The position numbers and the translations under genes were made by a program. From a virus: DNA of 64,000 nt. Shown here piece by piece: positions 21,006 to 30,000 of this stretch (positions are counted from its first letter, which is position 1; the number at the start of each line of letters is the position of its first letter). The notes beneath the pieces are model-generated. The model did no database searches. It was not told the DNA's origin and worked only from the letters and a program-made list of their open reading frames with translations. The DNA lies in IMG/VR virus record IMGVR_UViG_3300042894_002524, positions 25,828 to 89,827 of that record; one strand, 5' to 3'.

Positions 21006-24000
21006 TTACATTCCCCTGTTTATACCATTATAAGTTCTAACGACTCTTGATTCAAGACCGGCAGCTTTTTGGTTATTTGGGACAACCTTAATGTTGTAGT
21101 CTTTCATCATTGATTCAAACCACTGGTCTTCACCGATAAAGTTGTCAACATAGAAGTTGTAGTTCTGAGTAGTTTCACTCTGGCTATGACTGGTTACGCT
21201 CATGTTGAGACCAGAAGCGCTTGGCATTTGTGGCTTAGGAACATTGAATGATGGGACACCATGCTTGAGACCATTCAATTGAGTAAGAAGACCAAGACCA
21301 AGATTCTGGACAGCCTTTGAGCTAATTACATATTCTCCACCGTGAAGGATTGCAGGAACACCCTCTGTTGAATATCCGGGAACAACTCCGCCAACAGCTC
21401 TCTTAATCATTCCGCCCATAAACTTCTTCTGGACACCAACACCACTGAATAGACCGAGAGCTTTTGCTGTGGATGGTCCAAGGTTTCCATCGTTATTCCC
21501 GCCAACAGGATATTTCTTTTGGAAGCTCTTCAGAGCAGCAACTGTTCCTGTACCCATTTTCGTTGAATTAACATCAAATCCTGTATAGCCATAGAAAGCG
21601 AGAGCCGCTTTTGCGGATTTAATATAATCATTAGAGTCATTAAGCTTAAATAATCTATCTTTGCCAGCTAATGCTTCAAATGCAGTTTGAGTGAGACCGA
21701 GCGGACCGAATCCTGTTGGTGCTGTCGGACCAGTTACCCCTGTTGCAGGTGATGTAGCCGAACCACCTGATGGAGCAGTTCCTCCACCTGTATTCTTAAG
21801 CTCTTCCGCTGCGTCAGCAATTGCCTTAGTAATTGCCAAACCTTTAAGTTCATCATTAATTGCAGCCACAACTTCAGCAAATGCAGAGCTTGCATCAGTC
21901 TTCATCTTCATGAATTCAGCACGAACGGCTGCTGTTGCGTTAGCAATTGCTGATGCATAGATTCCCGCAGCGCTCTTTGGATTTGATGCACTTGGGTCGG
22001 CAAACTCTCTTGCAATACCCGCAAGCAATTCTTGACCATCATTGTATGCAGGAGCCACAACGGTCGTGAAACCTGTTGTGTAAACGGTTCCAAGATTGCT
22101 CATCATTCCATTGGTGATACCAAGCATCGTTGCCGGGTCGGTTGTTCCAGTGTCGAGACCATATTTAGCAGCAGCACCTGCAATAAGAGCATCCATGCTT
22201 GATGTAAAGAACCCAACAGTTGGAGCAGTGTTGTTTGCGATTAATGTTGGGAGGGCATTGTAATACCCTTGGAAAGCAGCTTGCATTCCAGATGATGTGA
22301 GGTCAGCTCTAGCCTTCAGCTCATTAAATTGAGTTGTAAGTTCAGCTGCTGTGAGTGTTCCATTCTTGCCAATGTTTTCAATAAATGTTTGGAAATCTTC
22401 AAGGTCTTTATCAAACTGATCAGAAGCAACTTGCTTTTGGTTTTCAATAACCTTCTTGGCTGCTTCAACATTCTTAGCCTTCGCTGCAGCCTGTGCATCT
22501 TTTGCATTCTTTTCTGTTTCCTTATTGAACTCTTGTTGATTCTTTGCTTCTTCAAGCCCCAATGTACGAGCGTCATCAATGCGACCCTCATAGATTGCCA
22601 AAGCACGATTCTTAAGATAGGAGTCACGCTGAAGCGCTCTTTCGGCAATACGAAGTCTTTCATCCTCTTGCTTTTGCTTCTCGGCGGTGAGTTCAGCATC
22701 TGCTGCAGCAAGTGCATCAATGGCTGCAATTTGGTCATCAAAGAATTTGAGGGATTGGTCTTTCTGCTTTTCAAGAGCTTTTGTAATTTGATCTTTGAGT
22801 TTTCCAAGCGAATCAGAAAGGTTTGAAATAACTTTGTCGTAGAAGTTGTCTTTAAGAGACTTAATTCCTTCACCAATAGCGTCAGCAATTGCCCTTCCAG
22901 CTTCATTGGCTGCAGATGGATCTTTAGCGACATTTTTAACAGCATCCTTGAGTGAGTCACCAATCTTCTCCTTGATGTCATTGCCATCAACAAGACCTGC
23001 AAGCCAATCTACAATGCCGTTACCAGCACCTGCAATTGCATCACTAAACCCGCCAATGAAAGCATTTGCAGTATCTGCAGCTATATCAACAGAACCAAGG
23101 AGTTTATTTTGAATCCCCTGAACAACATTCATGACAGCATCGCCAACACCATTCAGGCTGCTTACGCCCTTAATAAGTGCCCCACTAATACCCCTTACTA
23201 AGCCAACAGCTTTGTTTTGAAGACCACTAATTCCGTTTTCAAGCGGGGTAAAGATGGCATCAATTCCACTTTCAAGTTTTGCTGTTGCTGCTCCGCCAAC
23301 ACCTTCTACAGCATTGCTCGCTTTTTCAAACCCATCAGCAACGCTATAAAGAGCATCTTTGAGTTTTCCACCAATACCCCATAGACCAGCAAGTTTGTCG
23401 CCAATTCCACGCATTAGACCAGCAATTAATGAGCCAATCATTCCAATTCCCTTGCCAACACCTGCTGGAAGTTTTGCCCAAATACTGATGATTCCCTTCA
23501 CAACAGCAACGGTACCTTTGACAATTCCAAAGAATATTTTAATAACAGCAATAACCATTTCTGTAGCAATCTTTATTGCTGTTGTTTCAAGAAGAACAAA
23601 AAGTTCAATGATTTTATCAATAATGAATACATAAGCTTTTACAATTGTGAAAACAAGATTGATGACACCTTTTACCATGTAACGAATAAGATTGATGACA
23701 CCAATTACTAGCCATTCAAAGAGTTGAACGATTAATTCAACCACCTTGGTTACAGCCTTAATTAATAAACTAAGCATAGGGAGGACCATCTTGAGAAGAC
23801 CCTTTAGCGCATTGACTATAGCTTTGAGCATCCCCTTCATAGCACTGACCATTGCCTCTTTAGCTTTGTCTCCACCGCCACGGAAGAAACTGACAATAGC
23901 CATGACAAATTTAACCAAGTTTGAAACAAAACTAAAGATAGCTCTGATGATCATTGAAAAACCAGAAAGCATTGTATAAATAGCTGGAAGAATATATTTC

Positions 24001-27000
24001 GTAAAGAAAGCTTGGAAAGCCACTGCGAACTTACGAGTAGCCTCGGCGACCTTTGTTACAACAGTTGCAATATTGCCTGTTGCTTCTCCGCTACTTTCTG
24101 CTCCACCAAATAATGATGCAAAGAAGTCAAAGAATGCTGTCTTGAGCATATTGACAACAACCATAACTGCAGCAAAAGCTTTCTTAAAGTTTTCTGCAAC
24201 ACCAGTCGTCTTATCACCGTATGCACTGAATGTCTTCTTCAAAAGGAAGATTGCTCCGACAACGAGTAGAATTGGGATAGTTACTCCGAAGAATGCACCC
24301 TTTGTCTTAGTCAAGAGTCCAATCACTTTATTCAACGGTCCCTGCAGAGCCATACCAGCAGGACCAAGTTGATAGAGCATCATTGAAGACATTGACCCGG
24401 CAGCGGTTCCAAGACCACGAATTCCGCCCATTACGCCTTTTCCGAGTCCGCCCTTCATTCTACCGAACATTCCCTTGCCTCTTTGCTCAGTCATCATTCC
24501 GGTTGTCGCATCAGTTGTTTGAGTAACGCTTCTTCTAAAGAGACCGCCCTTCTTTGTAGCAATAGCATTTCCAGCAGCATCTGTTCCTTGAGGAACAAAA
24601 GTACTTCCTCCGACAAACATTGTTTTTACTCCACGAACAGGAGCCATTGCTGCTTTTCCAATTGCTCCGCCAGCCATTTTCGCTCCAGCTACTGCAGCTG
24701 AGCCTGCAGACTGTGCAAGCTTGATTGCGCCTACTTTGATACTAGAGGCTGCTGCAACAAGACCAGCACCTGCCTTGAACAACAGATCCTTAGAGTTGGT
24801 AAGACCAGTTGAAGCCATCGCAAGAGCTTGTTTTGGATTAGTAAATGCAGTTTGAACAAACTTTGCAGCAATCTGACCAGAGGTTAATAGGGCTTGACCT
24901 CCCATTGTCATAGCACTTCCCAGTTTCGTTAAACCCTTCTCAAGGGTTATAGCAAGCGTGATAATTGCAGCACCTGTGTATGTTGTATTAAAGAAGGCAA
25001 TGCTATCAAGTTTTGCAATTCCAGCACGAACACCCTTCATTGCAAACTTGTGAGCTTCAATCAGACCAGTTGTAAATACAATTGGTACTCTAACAGGGAG
25101 GAGGGTAAGCTCTCTAGTTACCTGACCAGCAATCTTCAATCCTTCAATTGATTTTTTCTTTGCAAAATTCATTGCAGATTTAATCGGTGGACCGTATGTT
25201 TTAGCAATTGCCTTTAGAGTATCAATACTTGGATTAATGGCTTGTCTAAATTGCGATGGCAATTGACTTTGAGTCAGTCTTGCAATATTGCGATTTGGTC
25301 TGTCTGTAGCTCTTGTCTCTTTAGCGATGACTCTTGCATCTTTTTCCGCAATCCGAGACTGACGACTTGTTACTTGAAGATTTCTATCAGCGATACGACC
25401 AAAAGTTGTACGGCGAGCTTCGCCCATGTAATCTCTTGCCTTATAGACATTTTGATCACCAAACCTCTTTGGCGACACTCTCTTGGCAACAGACTCTAAT
25501 GCACCACCAATTGAACCTAATGCACTACCAATCACCTTCACTTGCTTAATTGGGTTAAACATAACATTCGCTGTCTTTGCAATAGTTTGACCAGTAAACT
25601 CTTCTCTCGTTAGAGGGATTCTATTACGACCAGCGCTTGGTCTTGGAGGAATAGGTGTTGCATCAATCAGTTTCTGAACTCTGTCTGACCTATTTGCTAC
25701 ATCCATCGCTCTACTACGCTCACGAATTGCTTGACTTAATGCAACATTGCTTCTAATTCTTTCCGCCATAGCTGCTGTCTCAGCTTCCATTGTTGCTTTT
25801 ATTGCAAGTCTTTCTGCAATCATTTCACGGAGATTAACTCTGGCTCTTGGCATTTCAATTGGTGTTGTACCAACTGTTCCAACCGCAGCAGCAGCAGCTT
25901 TTGCCTGCGCAGCTGCCCTTCTTGGGCTTTCTTTAGCAGCATTGAGCATAAGCATTGGTTTAGAAGGAGGTGCAGGGTACACAGGGGCAGTTGCGACAGG
26001 TGGTTTTGGAGCAACTGGTGGAGCAGGGGCAACCGGGGCTACCTTGACTGTATCTGCAACAGCCTTTACTTTTTCTGCTTCTTTTACTAATTTTTCTTGG
26101 ATGATACGATCAAGATACTTCAGAGCATCTGTAATATTTCCACCGGTTATGAAAGCAAAATCTTTTGCAATCTGGGCACCATGAACGGATCTTACCAATT
26201 CCTGAATACCAGAAAGCATGGATTGGACTTTCTTAGCAGTTCCTGATGACGCTAATCTAATATTTTCAGCAATAGAATCTGCCACTGCTTTAGTGTTAAT
26301 AGCTTGAGAGTTAATTTCATTAATATATGGCATTGAGTAAGGAGTGCGGACAGCAACAGCTGGAGTTGCGTCTGTTGCTTTTGGACCAGCAACTCCAGTT
26401 GTAGGTGATGCAAGAGGTGAAAGTTTTACTCCAGAAGCAATAGCTGCAAGACGAGGGTTCGCAGCAGCATTTGCTGAAATTGTTACCGCCTTAGCTGCAT
26501 CTGCGATTGTTTTTTCAACAGCAACAGTCAGATTCTTTTCTGCTTCTACAACTTTTGCAGTTTCGTCAGCAGTTGCACCGACAGCTTTCCCACGGAGACC
26601 GCTTGCTTTTGGCTCTTCTTTTGAACCCCTTGCTGATTCGTAAACTTTACTTGCTGCAACAGAAAAAGGTCTTGCTGTCCCTGTTGCAATTTCTCTCAGT
26701 AAAGCATCAGCCTGTCTTAATTGAGCTTCTGTGAGTCCATTATTCTTTAAATAAACTTCAAATGCGCTAAGTATTTTTTGAATAATAACAGATGTCTCTT
26801 GACCCTCAAGACCAGCCTTTTGAGCCAATCTGTTAACTTGTGTAGCAAAGGTTGCTGAATCTTCCGATACGGAATTTGCAATAGACATGAAATTTTGAAT
26901 CTGTGTTGCTCCAAGATTACCGATGACATTACCGGGTTGTGCCGTTACTGGTGCTTTAGGTTTACCAACACTTGCACCGGCAGCGGTTGCTGCTGTTGTT

Positions 27001-30000
27001 GTAACAGCATCTTTTGCAGCATTGATTGGAGCAATGGCTTCGGTTACAATTGCTTTTTCAACAGCAATGCCCATTTCTTTAAGTTTCTTTATTAGATTAG
27101 CAACGACAACTTCTTTCTTGCCCTTACCTCTTCCTTCAATCGCAAAGGCTCTACCAATATACTCAAGAGTCTTGGTTTCAAATTTCATAAAGTCTATTGC
27201 AGCTTTATTTTGAGCAATAATTTGAGACTTAATTTGTTCAGCAAGAATTTTTTGGTCAGCTGATTCAAGACCAAAACCATACGCTGCTTTATTTGCTGGT
27301 GCAGATGCTGGTTTTGCAGATGCTGGCTTTACAGCAGCTCCGGGCTTAAGGTTCTGGAATCTTGCAATAGTATCTTGGAAGGCTTTTTCAACACCTTTAT
27401 TTGCAACATCTCTGGCAAACATAACAAGTCTCTGGAATAGAGCTTGTACCTCTCCGCTATCTTGAAACTTAACAGCCTGAAGTTGCTTCAGCGTTTCTGC
27501 TGGTTTAGCAAGTGCTTGTTCAATAGTAAGACCAATCTTGAGAAGCTCCTGTTTAAGAAGAGCCAAGTCGTCAGTTGCTTGAAGACCAGCATTGGATGCA
27601 ACTTCAGCAAGACCCTTACCTTGAATCTTGAGTGTCTGGTAGAACTGATCAAGAACAGCAGTCGGAATTTGCAATGTTGCTGAGAGTTGACTGTTAATAT
27701 TTCCAAGAGTTGTTGCTCCAGTTGGTACACCAGCACTCAATGATTTAGGTCTTACTGCAGCAGAGATATCTGGAGCGACTGGCTTAGGAGGAAGCCCGCC
27801 CTTTGCTGGGTCATAAGCATTGATGCGAGCTATATCATCTTTTGCTGCTTTTGCTGCAGCCTTGGCTTGTTCCGCTTTCTTCTTGGCATCTTCTAGTCTT
27901 GTAGTGAGTTCATCAATTGCATTTTTCTTACCGCCCGGAATGCGTTTCTTTGACTCAGTAACTTCTTGAATCTGAGTTTCTAAATTTTTGACAGCTCTTT
28001 TTGCACTTCTTGCACTATCATTTGCTGCTTTAATCTGTTCGTTAAGAGATTGAAGATTCTCAGCTTGCCCCGCAAGGAACTGCTCTTTAGACATGAATCC
28101 CCTCTTTATAGGAGAGGATTGTACTGGTTCGACTTTTTCGGGCTTTACGCCTAGTTTCTTAAGAGCAGCTTCTTGTTGTTTCGCAAGACGATCTGCCTCT
28201 TGTTTTGCTGCAAATTCAGCATCCCTTGCTGCTTGCGCAACTCTTCTTTTTTCTCTTTCAATATAGTCCGGTTGTTGAGTGACTGCTTGTCTTAGAAGTT
28301 CAATTCCAGCTTTTCTCTTTGGTCTAAGAGCAACCCTTCTTGCTTGACGATCCTTTTCTTCTGGATCGTTTCTGCTATAACTGGGTCTTGTAACCTCTCT
28401 TCTCTCCCTGAGTTCCTCAGTCGGATCACCTTTAGAATCTCTTCCTCCATAAACAAGACCCGTGTATCTTTCGCCTGTGCGCTTAGCTCTCGCTCTAGCA
28501 GTAGTACTGCCGAACGGCATCCCCTTACCTTTCGCACCGGCAAAAGGTACACCACCGCTGGAGGCGATTTGTTGTTGTGCATTATTAAATGCTAAATTTG
28601 CAGACTGCCTGACGCTCTGAAGCTCAGTGTTTATCAAATCAGTTGTTCTTTTTAGCTCCGAAATAGCCCTCTGAACATCAGACATCTTTCTTTTTTCAGA
28701 AAGAATTTTAATCTGAAGAACACGAGCCAATGATAGGTTTCCAACCTTTGCTGCCCGAGATTCTTGAGCAACAAGATCATCAATCTTTCCTTTAATAACT
28801 CTTGCTTGATCGGCAAGAATCTTTATTTTATCTTTAAGGATTTGTCTTTCTTTTTCAAATTCTGTCACTTGAGCAACAGATTCTTTTGCAACTGCAATAT
28901 CTTCAGGTTTAATTGCGGTAACAGGTTTGTACTTTATATTTCCTACTGATGAACTAACAGCCTCATTGAAATTTTTAGCATAAAATGGACTTGTTTTAGC
29001 TGATGTTCCAGTAAATGCAGCCCCAACTTTTGCATCAGGAGCAAGAGCTTTCCCAGCAACACCAGTTTTAATAGCACCAGCAATTTTGCCCAAGGTGCTG
29101 AGATTCACCTTGATAGCTTCTCCTTCTTTGTTAACAAGAGAATCAAGTTGACGCAACTTCACTGGAACATCTTGTCCGAGAATTGTAAATAATTTAATTA
29201 GTGAATCTTTTGTTAGAATAGCACTCTTTGCTGTTCCCTCAAGATTGAGGAGTTTTTTAATTGACGCACCAGCAGCCTCAAGATCAACAGTTGCTTTATT
29301 TGGACCAGAAACTGCTCTGCCAAATCCGTCAACCGCTGCGTAATCTCGTTGCGCCGTACTCACTGCTGGAGTGACTGCTGGCTTCTTGGTAGTACCCTTT
29401 GGTCTTCCACGAGTCTTCTTTGTGTCAGCAACAATCGCTTCTGCAACGGTTTTTTCGCCTTCTGCAACGGCAATATCAATAGCAGCAGGGATTGGTCCAG
29501 CAGCTTTTGGTCTTCCACGACCTCTCTTTGCTTTCTGCTTGACATCTGTTGCAACCGTTTCTTCCGCAGTGGCTGTTGCTGCTTCAATTGCAGCAGGAAT
29601 TGGGCTTGCTGCTGGGGCAACTGGCTTCTTACCGATAGACACCATGACTGCTTCCGCAACAGCATGCATTCCCTTATCAATTGCTGGTTTGAGAATATCT
29701 CCACCTGCAGGTATCTCAGGCATCGTGGGCTTCATGGCATTCATCATTGCCATTGGGTTCATGAAGTTTGCAGGAAGTCCAGATCTTACATTAAGTTGTG
29801 GCTTAAGAGCGCCAACAACGCTTTCCGTAGAAAATAGTTTTTTCTTTAAGGCATTTTTATATTGCTTTTCTGCAAGCTTTCTTTTTTCTTTTTCAGCTTT
29901 AGCAAGAATTTTAGCTGTTTCTTTTGCCTCAGCCTCAAGTTGTTTTGCTTCTTTTTCAAGTCTAGCTTTTGAAGCAGCAAGCTCTTCGTCTGATAGATTT

